Shown: positions 16,318 to 24,182 of the stretch, piece after piece
How positions within the stretch are numbered: position 1 is the stretch's first letter
How the letters are laid out: each line of letters begins with the position of its first letter
DNA from: Candidatus Methanoperedens sp.
GTDB taxonomy: Archaea > Halobacteriota > Methanosarcinia > Methanosarcinales > Methanoperedenaceae
Direction: 5' to 3'
NCBI GenBank assembly: GCA_027460535.1
Contig: JAPZAR010000020.1
Location: forward strand, 30,001-62,000
Length of the DNA: 32,000 nt
Notes under the pieces: model-generated
What the model saw: only the letters and a program-made list of their open reading frames with translations
The model's database searches: none
What the model was told of the DNA's origin: nothing
Program-made: the position numbers and the translations under genes

Positions 16318-16701
16318 ATGGAAAAACGCAATATTAAACAACTCGATGATAAGCACGAGGAAATTGCCGATGCACTTATTGCAATTGGTATGAGCAGGAA
16401 TATTGCCAGAACTCTGAGCTATCTTCAGAATGTGGATAATGCTACATCGGTAGACCTGGAAAGAGTGGCCAGATTGTATCAGCCCGAAGTAAGCATTGCA
16501 ATAAAGCAGCTAAAGGAGCGGGAATGGATAAATGAGCGTGAAGAGAAAAAGGTGGGTAAGGGAAGACCTTATAAGATATACTCGCTTAAAATCGGCTTCA
16601 ATGATATAATCTCTCAGCTTGAAAACCAGCAGAGGGAAGCGGTTAATGGAACGCTGGAAAAGATTGAGAAATTGAAGGAATTGAGGAAAGATCAAAGATA
16701 G
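16318..16701 (+). CDS. Winged-helix (ArsR/TrmB-like) transcriptional regulator with C-terminal coiled coil
   Basis: EIADALIAIGMSRNIARTLSYLQNVDNATSVDLERVARLYQPEVSIAIKQLKEREWI...GRPYKIYSL shows the HTH plus wing pattern. The ATG at 16318 is preferred over the TTG at 16291. Confidence 0.65.
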   Translation: MEKRNIKQLDDKHEEIADALIAIGMSRNIARTLSYLQNVDNATSVDLERVARLYQPEVSIAIKQLKEREWINEREEKKVGKGRPYKIYSLKIGFNDIISQLENQQREAVNGTLEKIEKLKELRKDQR

Positions 16702-16852
16702 CTTTTTTCTGTCGCCTGACCGGATTGGAATTTCATTTTCATATTTTCTGGGGATCCTATAATCATGGGTCCTCATTATAGCACTTCCAGGTATGAGCAA
16801 GATATAGAGTGAAAATCACGCCCAACTCCCAAAATAAATGTGAACTCAAGAA

Positions 16853-17998
16853 TTACAGCAGCCCTATATTCGTCTTCCTGACAACTTCATCGTAATTCTT
16901 GTATCCGAGTACTTTTTCTATCATATCGGAGTGTTTTCCCTTGATCTTATTCAATTCGGATGAGGTATAATCCGTGATACCCTTAGCAAATACCAGCCCA
17001 TCGCTTTCCATCTCGATAATATCACCTCTGTCAAACGGGCCGGTGACATCGATGATCCCGGAAGGTAAAAGCCCTCTCTTGTTCCTTATCGCCTTTTCCG
17101 CACCTTTATCCACGATAAGCTTTCCAGAAGGTTTCGAGAGGATTATCCAGCGCGTTCTGTTCTTGTATTTCCCATCCTTTGCAAGGAAGAGCGTTCCGAT
17201 GTTTTCTCCCTCCACGATCTTCATTACCCCATCATCAAAGTTGCTGTTGGCTATAACCATGTGGCATCCAGCTATGGATGTTATCTTGGCAGCCTCTATC
17301 TTGGTCCTCATGCCCCCAACGCCTTTCAAACTTGTAGGACTCCCGCCGTAGCTCTCGATTTCAGGCGTTATCTTTTCTATTACGCTTATTAGCTGCGCAT
17401 CTTCATTTTTCTTGGGGTTCTTATTGTACAAACCATCTATATCGGATAACAGTATCAGAAGCTCTGCCTCGACCTTGCTTGCCACCATTGCAGAGAGCTT
17501 GTCATTATCCCCGAAGGTCGCTTCTATCTCATGCACGCATATCGGGTCGTTCTCATTGATTATAGGAACTACACCGGCTTCCAGGAGAGCCGAGATGGAA
17601 TTCCGAAGATTAAGATAGGTCATACGGTTCGAGAAGGCTTCATAGGTCAGCAGTATCTGTGCCACCTTGAGGTCGTATTTATTGAAGGCTGCCATCCATT
17701 CCTGCATCAGGATGTTCTGGCCTACAGCAGCGGCGGCCTGCCTGAGCGGGATTTCCCGCAGGGGCGCTTTCATCTTCAGTTCCTCGCATCCTATCCCTAT
17801 GGCACCTGAACTTACTACGATCAACGTTTTTCCTTTCTCCCTGAGTTTTGCCACCTGGCGGGCGATATTTTCTGTCAGCCTGCGGTTGAAAGTTCCATTT
17901 TCGCTGCTCAGAGATGACGTTCCGATCTTAATGACGATCCGTTTGATGTCCTTAAAAAGCTCTCTTCTATCAACCTTACTTTCAGGAACCGTTTTCAT
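16853..17998 (-). CDS. proB: Glutamate 5-kinase with PUA domain
   Basis: VIKIGTSSL, VSSGAIGIG, FGDNDKLSA, GGMRTKIEAA and a C-terminal PUA-like domain. ATGA overlap with proA. Confidence 0.93.
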   Translation of the reverse strand: MKTVPESKVDRRELFKDIKRIVIKIGTSSLSSENGTFNRRLTENIARQVAKLREKGKTLIVVSSGAIGIGCEELKMKAPLREIPLRQAAAAVGQNILMQEWMAAFNKYDLKVAQILLTYEAFSNRMTYLNLRNSISALLEAGVVPIINENDPICVHEIEATFGDNDKLSAMVASKVEAELLILLSDIDGLYNKNPKKNEDAQLISVIEKITPEIESYGGSPTSLKGVGGMRTKIEAAKITSIAGCHMVIANSNFDDGVMKIVEGENIGTLFLAKDGKYKNRTRWIILSKPSGKLIVDKGAEKAIRNKRGLLPSGIIDVTGPFDRGDIIEMESDGLVFAKGITDYTSSELNKIKGKHSDMIEKVLGYKNYDEVVRKTNIGLL

Positions 17999-19350
17999 AC
18001 TCTGCTCATTTTATCTGAAAGTCTTAAATTTAACTTCTTATGGGTATATTTACGGGCTTCCTTGCCGACATAATCAGCAACCTTGTTGCCATTCCCAAGC
18101 AGCACATATTTGTAGATCAAAAGCCCTTCCATCCCAACAGGGCCTCGGGCATGGATTTTGTTCGTGCTGATACCTACTTCTGCACCTTTTCCGTATCTAT
18201 AACCATCTGAAAAACGTGTGGAGGCGTTCCACATGACACTGGATGAATCTACAAGCTCGATGAACCTGGCAGCATTACTTTTATCTTCTGTGACAATGGC
18301 ATCGGTATGATGAGAACCATATTTATTGATATGCTCAATTCCTTCATCCAGTGAATCCACTATCCTGATGGAAAGGATCAGGTCGTTGTACTCGGTTCTC
18401 CAGTCTTTTTCTGTGGCATGAAGCACGGCCTTCAGGAACCCCATTTTCGATAGGATTTCGAATGACCCATTATCGCACCGCAGTTCCACCCCTGCGCCGT
18501 TGTAACGCTTTCCCATCTCAGGCAGGAACTTTTCGGCGATATCCCTGTGCACAAGCAGTGTTTCCATGGCATTGCAGACTGCTGGATATTGGACCTTTGC
18601 ATCATAGCATACGTCGTAAGCTTTAGTCAGGTCCGCGATGCTGTCAACGTATACATGACATATACCTGCGGAATGACCGAGCACAGGAATCCTCGTGTTA
18701 TCCTGAATGTATTTGACGAATTCATTCGAGCCCCTTGGAATTATGAGGTTGACGTACTCATCGAGTTTCAGCATTTCGTTGACCTCTTCCCTGGTTTCCA
18801 TGAGCGCAAAAGCACTTCTCGGCATGCCTTCCACATTTTCGATCGCATCCACAAGCAAATCAAAGATAGTCCTGTTGGAATTTGAGGCTTCGCTTCCGCC
18901 TTTGAAGATGGTGGCGTTCCCACTCTTAAGGCAAAGCGACATTATCTGCGGCACTACATCCGGGCGTGATTCGAAGATGACCCCTATCAATCCAATCGGG
19001 CAGCTGACCTGGAAAAGCTCAAGACCTCTGTCAAGCTCAAGGGCTGAAAGGGTCTTTCCAACCGGATCTTCAAATTTGATTACATCGTTTATCCCCGCGA
19101 TCATCTCGTCCAGTTTGGGATCGTCCACTTTCAGCCTTTTGATAAGAGCCTCTGAAAGTTTATCGGCCTCAGCAAGTTTTTCAGCTGCAGCAATGTCTTT
19201 CTTATTAGCTGAGATTATTTTTTCTCTGTTCGAGTCAAGGGCTTTTGACATTCCGGCAAGGGCTTTGTTCTTTATATGAGAGGGGACGCTTGCAAGCTGG
19301 ATGGAGGCGTTTTTTGCGAGTTTTACTTTTGTCAGGATGTCTTTCGTCAT
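17995..19350 (-). CDS. proA: Glutamate-5-semialdehyde dehydrogenase (gamma-glutamyl phosphate reductase)
   Basis: IFESRPDV, LIIPRGSNEFV, HSAGICHVYVD, CNAMETLLVH and GAEVGISTNKIHARGPVGMEGL. Confidence 0.93.
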   Translation of the reverse strand: MTKDILTKVKLAKNASIQLASVPSHIKNKALAGMSKALDSNREKIISANKKDIAAAEKLAEADKLSEALIKRLKVDDPKLDEMIAGINDVIKFEDPVGKTLSALELDRGLELFQVSCPIGLIGVIFESRPDVVPQIMSLCLKSGNATIFKGGSEASNSNRTIFDLLVDAIENVEGMPRSAFALMETREEVNEMLKLDEYVNLIIPRGSNEFVKYIQDNTRIPVLGHSAGICHVYVDSIADLTKAYDVCYDAKVQYPAVCNAMETLLVHRDIAEKFLPEMGKRYNGAGVELRCDNGSFEILSKMGFLKAVLHATEKDWRTEYNDLILSIRIVDSLDEGIEHINKYGSHHTDAIVTEDKSNAARFIELVDSSSVMWNASTRFSDGYRYGKGAEVGISTNKIHARGPVGMEGLLIYKYVLLGNGNKVADYVGKEARKYTHKKLNLRLSDKMSRV

Positions 19351-19605
19351 ATTGATAACTGCTGAATATATTCGGGTTACTTTTACATCATTTTAATTCA
19401 TATAGATATTGTTTCATGATACAGGTTTGAGATGACATCGATTTCGATTCATAATATTCACTATGCATTGGCTCTCTGTCCAAAATACGGAATAACACCA
19501 AAAGTTATATATATAGATTAACAAATTGTGTTGGTAAAAAATGGATAGGTCTAATAAGGAAGACATATATTAAAACGAATCACGAAAACGGGTAGGTCTG
19601 AAAAA

Positions 19606-20559
19606 ATGCAAGTAAAATTTAGTACAATAACTTTTTTAGTATTAACGGGAATCCTGTTCTTGATCCCACAGGCTGTGGCTTCTGAAAATTCATGCATCGA
19701 TTGCCATAAAACATTATCTCCATTCCTTGAAGTACAGAAACAGTTTAACCAGATAAGGATAGAGCATCTTGAGAGAAACGTTTCCTGTTCACTCGAATGC
19801 CATGAAGACAGGGTAAGGCAGCTTGCTACCGCAAATTATCAGCAGTGGTCAGAGTCACTTCACGGTCTGAAGGGAATAACATGTGAAATGTGCCACGGGG
19901 GAGATCCAAAGCAAGCCTCAAAAGATCAAGCGCATGTTGGTATCAAGAAACCTACCGATCCTGAAAGCCCGGTGTATTATACCAACGTCCCCCAAACGTG
20001 CGGTAAATGCCATTCAAGAGAATTGGATAATTTCCAGACCAGCAAACATTATCAGAAGCTGGAGGCATTACAAACCGCCCCGACGTGTACCACTTGCCAT
20101 GCACCTCATACTTTCAAGGTATTGAATCCGGAAGAGTTCAGGAATTTCTGTGGTACCTGCCATTCAATTTACAAAAAGGTCGCACCATACGACATTCCTG
20201 CCCAGGCAGACTACCTGCTTGGGAAAGTGAACAAGTTAAAATTCAATATCGATATGACCCAGCAGGATATCTTCTTTGCCAAGAAGAATGGGACTGACGT
20301 AACACAGGCGCAGATGCATACAGATAATGCGATCAATATGGTTCAAGCTCTTGCGCCCATGTGGCATGAGTTCAATCTCACGCATTTTGAAGATCAGGTG
20401 GATTTGGCCAACAAGGAAATAAATCAGGCCGAAGATATTGTCAAACCGACACCAGGTCCATCAATAACAGAGACTCCCAAGGCCCCTGGGTTTGTGGGAT
20501 TAGCAGGAGTTATCTCATTGCTGGCTGTACTGTATATATTAAGAAAGAACAGGGAATAA
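19606..20559 (+). CDS. Exported multiheme c-type cytochrome (5 CXXCH + 1 CX3CH) with PGF-CTERM-like C-terminal anchor
   Basis: Sec signal ending AVA/SE. CIDCH, CSLECH, CEMCH, CGKCH, CTTCH, CGTCH. Helical C-terminal half. The tail KPTPGPSITETPKAPGFVGLAGVISLLAVLYILRKNRE has a Thr/Pro linker, PGF, a TM segment and basic residues. Confidence 0.85.
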   Translation: MQVKFSTITFLVLTGILFLIPQAVASENSCIDCHKTLSPFLEVQKQFNQIRIEHLERNVSCSLECHEDRVRQLATANYQQWSESLHGLKGITCEMCHGGDPKQASKDQAHVGIKKPTDPESPVYYTNVPQTCGKCHSRELDNFQTSKHYQKLEALQTAPTCTTCHAPHTFKVLNPEEFRNFCGTCHSIYKKVAPYDIPAQADYLLGKVNKLKFNIDMTQQDIFFAKKNGTDVTQAQMHTDNAINMVQALAPMWHEFNLTHFEDQVDLANKEINQAEDIVKPTPGPSITETPKAPGFVGLAGVISLLAVLYILRKNRE

Positions 20560-20604
20560 AAACTTGATAAAAACGATATTCGGTCACATATACAGGTGAA
20601 ATTA

Positions 20605-21054
20605 ATGCAGCCACACTTGAAACGGGCTTTTATGCTGTTGTTCATTGCAATAATCGGGTTTATATTCGTAAGATCCCTGATAGTTCCCGAAACCTTCGGT
20701 CAGTACGGGTGGTACAGGGGTAACTCTGTTAATGATCTCAGAAATCTACCCGTAGAACATGCAGGCTCTGCAAGTTGTGGTGAAGAAAGTTGCCATACGA
20801 CTATCTATTCGATCTGGAGCACCTCAGGGCATAAAACAGTCAATTGTGAAACCTGCCATGGAGCTTCGGAGAACCATGTCAGTAATGTAAGGATAATGCC
20901 TACGCCGGCAAACGCTTCAAGGGATTTCTGCGGCCTGTGTCACTTTAAGCGGATATCACGACCCTCTGATTTCCCGCAGATAGATCCGGAATCCCACGGT
21001 GAAAATTTACAATGTACTTACTGCCATAACCCGCACAAACCGTGGTTCGTATAA
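20605..21054 (+). CDS. Membrane-anchored small multiheme cytochrome c (c3/DsrJ/ActA-like; 3 CXXCH + 1 CX4CH)
   Basis: The ATG at 20605 is preceded by AGGTGA. N-terminal TM helix AFMLLFIAIIGFIF. Motifs CGEESCH, CETCH, CGLCH, CTYCH. Confidence 0.8.
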   Translation: MQPHLKRAFMLLFIAIIGFIFVRSLIVPETFGQYGWYRGNSVNDLRNLPVEHAGSASCGEESCHTTIYSIWSTSGHKTVNCETCHGASENHVSNVRIMPTPANASRDFCGLCHFKRISRPSDFPQIDPESHGENLQCTYCHNPHKPWFV

Positions 21055-21057
21055 GGG

Positions 21058-21837
21058 ATGATTAACATGAGCTTATCAAGACGAGAATTCACGAAATTCG
21101 GATGCAGGGTTATCATAGGGGCAGTAGCGGGCAGTGCTGTTGTAGAATCGATTGTAACAAACGGCAGTGCAGCCAAGGATCCCCCCCCTGCTGAATATGA
21201 TTGGAACAAGCATTACTGGGGCTATGTCATCGATACCCGAAAATGCATAGGATGCGGCAGGTGCGCGAGAGCATGCAAGCTTGAGAACCATGTCCCTTTT
21301 GACGAACCCGTTTACAGGACATGGGTTGAAAGATACAGGGTCCTGAAAGAGGGGGAAGTCAAAATAGATTCACCCAATGGAAGCATAGATGGGTTTACGG
21401 ATGATATCCCGGACGATGAAATCAAAAAAGCCTTTTATGTTCCCAAGATATGCAACCATTGCGACAGCCCACCCTGTGTTCAGGTCTGTCCCGTTGGGGC
21501 CACATATGAGACAAAGGATGGGGTCGTGCTTGTAGATTATGATTACTGTATCGGCTGCCGCTACTGTATCCAGGGGTGCCCTTATGGTGCCAGATATTTT
21601 AACTCTGAAAGGAAGACAGCTGACAAATGTACCTGGTGCTATCACAGGATCACAAAGGGTCTTCTGCCCGCCTGCGTACAGGCATGTCCGGTGGGCGCCA
21701 GGATATTTGGGGATTTGAGAGATCCAGACAGCGCGGTCAATAAGATCCTGGATAAGGAAAGGATCAGTGTTCTTAAAATTGACCTGGGAACGAAACCCAA
21801 GGTATATTATGTTGGATTGGACATGGATGTGAAATGA
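21058..21837 (+). CDS. Tat-exported 4x[4Fe-4S] ferredoxin-like subunit (NrfC/PsrB/DsrO/HybA/ActB-type)
   Basis: Twin-arginine leader SRREFTKFG. Four cluster motifs: CIGCGRCARAC, CNHCDSPPCVQVCP, CIGCRYCIQGCP and CTWC...CVQACP. Confidence 0.88.
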   Translation: MINMSLSRREFTKFGCRVIIGAVAGSAVVESIVTNGSAAKDPPPAEYDWNKHYWGYVIDTRKCIGCGRCARACKLENHVPFDEPVYRTWVERYRVLKEGEVKIDSPNGSIDGFTDDIPDDEIKKAFYVPKICNHCDSPPCVQVCPVGATYETKDGVVLVDYDYCIGCRYCIQGCPYGARYFNSERKTADKCTWCYHRITKGLLPACVQACPVGARIFGDLRDPDSAVNKILDKERISVLKIDLGTKPKVYYVGLDMDVK

Positions 21838-23006
21838 TGGAGAGTTTGATCTGGGGATACATATACCCAAATGAAGCTGAAATACAATGGAGCGTACTGA
21901 TCGTATTATATCCATATATAACCGGGCTCGTAGCGGGAGCTTTTATCGCATCATCGCTGTATCATGTTTTTGGAAAAAAAGAGATAAGGCCTGTTGCCAG
22001 ATTCGCGCTACTTACGGCACTCTCTTTCCTGTTAGTCGCGACAATGCCGTTGCTTACACATCTTGGGCATCCAGAGCGAGGGATCGAGATCATGTTCACC
22101 CCTCATCTTACCTCCGCAATGTCGGGATTTGGATATATATATTCGTTTTATCTGATTGTGGTCGTGCTTGAAATCTGGTTATCCTTCAGAGAGGACATAG
22201 TCAAGATGGCCCATAATTCCAGGGGATGGAAAGAACTATTATACTCGGCGCTGGCTCTTTTCTCATACGATATTTCAGAAAAGGCCTTGCATCAGGATGA
22301 AAAACTCGCCAAAAGGCTTGCAATAATAGGAATTCCTTCCGCAGCTTTCCTTCATGGATATGTGGGTTTCATATTTGGTGGGATCAAGGCGAATCCCTGG
22401 TGGTCTACCCCGCTTATGCCTCTCATATTCCTGATGTCAGCCATTGTATCGGGGATAGCTCTTCTGATCCTGCTGTATATTGCGGCCATGAAGATACGAA
22501 AACATGCTATAGACCACAAATGCCTTCATTCACTGGCACATTACCTGTGGATTTTCCTGATATTGGACTTCACACTGGAAATGCTTGAGATCATCAGCAT
22601 GAAATATGAGTCGCTTGAGCGGATCGATATAATCAACAGGCTTCTTTCCGATAAGATCGCCACTACTTTCTACGGTGTTCAACTTGGATTGGGTATTTTC
22701 ATCCCGTTCATTCTTATTCTTCTGGTGGGTATGATGAAGAATCGTGAAACGCTGAAGATGATAATGATCGCGATTTCATCCATTTTTGTCGTGATAGGCG
22801 TGTTCGCGATGAGATGGAATGTTGTAATTGGAGGGCAGGAGATCTCAAAGAGCCTCAGCGGAACCCTTACCTATGTTCCGGTTTTCTTCAGCCAGGAAGG
22901 TGTGCTGCCAGCGATTATAATAATGATAATTCCTTTCATCATCCTTTTAGTTGTAACGTACATACTTCCACCATGGAAAGATATGGATGAAGAGGTTGCG
23001 GAATAA
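21834..23006 (+). CDS. NrfD/PsrC/DsrP-type integral membrane quinone-interacting subunit
   Basis: 390 aa and about 10 TM segments. The N-terminal WSVLIVLYPYITGLVAGAF...HLGHPERG matches the NrfD-family DLGxPxR-type motif. ATGA overlap with the FeS gene. Confidence 0.82.
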   Translation: MMESLIWGYIYPNEAEIQWSVLIVLYPYITGLVAGAFIASSLYHVFGKKEIRPVARFALLTALSFLLVATMPLLTHLGHPERGIEIMFTPHLTSAMSGFGYIYSFYLIVVVLEIWLSFREDIVKMAHNSRGWKELLYSALALFSYDISEKALHQDEKLAKRLAIIGIPSAAFLHGYVGFIFGGIKANPWWSTPLMPLIFLMSAIVSGIALLILLYIAAMKIRKHAIDHKCLHSLAHYLWIFLILDFTLEMLEIISMKYESLERIDIINRLLSDKIATTFYGVQLGLGIFIPFILILLVGMMKNRETLKMIMIAISSIFVVIGVFAMRWNVVIGGQEISKSLSGTLTYVPVFFSQEGVLPAIIIMIIPFIILLVVTYILPPWKDMDEEVAE

Positions 23007-23123
23007 ATTTTAAAAGACAAAAAAATTCACTAATCGTAAGGTATTTATTGTATTAGATCGTCAGATTATTAAAATTTGCCAGATTGAAAAACGGGTACTA
23101 GGTTTTGGCTTATAGGAATTACT

Positions 23124-23177
23124 TGAAGATAGGATATTTAATGGAAGATATGAATATTTAGGAAGATAGGATATTTA
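23124..23177 (+). promoter_or_regulatory. Three tandem 18-19 bp direct repeats (GGAAGATAGGATATTTA-type), candidate tandem BRE/TATA modules or operator array
   Basis: tgaagataggatattta (23124-23140), ggaagatatgaatattta (23143-23160) and ggaagataggatattta (23161-23177). The last copy begins 44 nt upstream of the ATG at 23205. A related GGAAGACATATATTA sits 48 nt upstream of the paralog start at 19606. Confidence 0.55.
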
Positions 23178-23204
23178 TCATCACAATAACGGTGGAAGCG
23201 AAAA

Positions 23205-24170
23205 ATGTTTTTGAAAACAAGAAGACAAAAAAATACATGCATACGGATTTCCCTTTGCTGCTTATTCCTTGTATATTTCGTGGGTTCTGCAGGGGCATCA
23301 CATTTAGACGTTCTCAATAACTCATGCGTTGACTGCCATAAGGCTTTGTCTCCTTTTACAGATGAGCAGAAACGATTTAACGAAATAAGAATTAATCATA
23401 CCGAAAGGAACATATCATGCTCTCTTGAATGCCATGAGGATGTCATTAGGAAAAGAGCTTCGGATAATTTTCAGCAGTGGTCAGATTCCACCCATTCAAT
23501 ATATTATGTCACATGTGACAAATGCCATGGCGGGGATGCGCGCGCGAACACAGAATCGGGAGCCCATGCCTCAATGAAAAATATAACCGACCCGAATAGC
23601 ACCATTTATTTTAAGAACATCCCGGAAACATGCGGGAAATGCCATACTGCAGAACTTGACCATTTCAAGAACACCATGCATTACCAGAGATTGAGATCCA
23701 CATCACAAGGTCCATCCTGTACAACCTGCCATCAACCTCACAGTTTCAAGGTGCTCAAATCCTCGGAGCTGACCAATCTGTGCAGTGCTTGCCATAATTC
23801 AGTAGATCAGATAGCAACAGCGAGCGTTCCGCAGGATGCAAAAAAGGCTCTCGAAAAGGCGGGTGAATTCCAGGCAGAGGTAATGAAAGCGAAAAATGCC
23901 ATTGCCGATGCCAAAGCAAAGGGAAATGATATATCTTCAGCACAGATGAATCTGGACAAGGCAAATGCAGTACTGGATGAGATTCCTTCCCTGTGGCATG
24001 GATTTGATCTGAAGAACTTTGACGAGCAAATCCAAAGCGGAGTGGATTGGGCCAAAAAGGCGGAATACGAGGCTTCGGGCGCAGAACCCACGGTGCCGCG
24101 AGCTTCATGGCCAGGGATAGTCCTGTTGTTCGGGATTTTTGCGATAATATATTTGATAAAGAAACGGTGA
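23205..24170 (+). CDS. Exported multiheme c-type cytochrome (5 CXXCH + 1 CX3CH), paralog of 19606..20559, with variant PGF-CTERM-like tail
   Basis: Signal peptide. CVDCH, CSLECH, CDKCH, CGKCH, CTTCH, CSACH in the same order and spacing as the paralog. Tail EPTVPRASWPGIVLLFGIFAIIYLIKKR. Confidence 0.85.
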   Translation: MFLKTRRQKNTCIRISLCCLFLVYFVGSAGASHLDVLNNSCVDCHKALSPFTDEQKRFNEIRINHTERNISCSLECHEDVIRKRASDNFQQWSDSTHSIYYVTCDKCHGGDARANTESGAHASMKNITDPNSTIYFKNIPETCGKCHTAELDHFKNTMHYQRLRSTSQGPSCTTCHQPHSFKVLKSSELTNLCSACHNSVDQIATASVPQDAKKALEKAGEFQAEVMKAKNAIADAKAKGNDISSAQMNLDKANAVLDEIPSLWHGFDLKNFDEQIQSGVDWAKKAEYEASGAEPTVPRASWPGIVLLFGIFAIIYLIKKR

Positions 24171-24182
24171 AAGGTACATTCA

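Noticed and set aside
16974-19279. Plus-strand ORFs antisense to proB and proA (16974..17351, 17412..17618, 17531..17809, 17667..18170, 18547..18885, 18707..19279)
   Set aside because: They lie opposite two unambiguous housekeeping genes and have the typical Ser/Leu/Pro-rich antisense composition.
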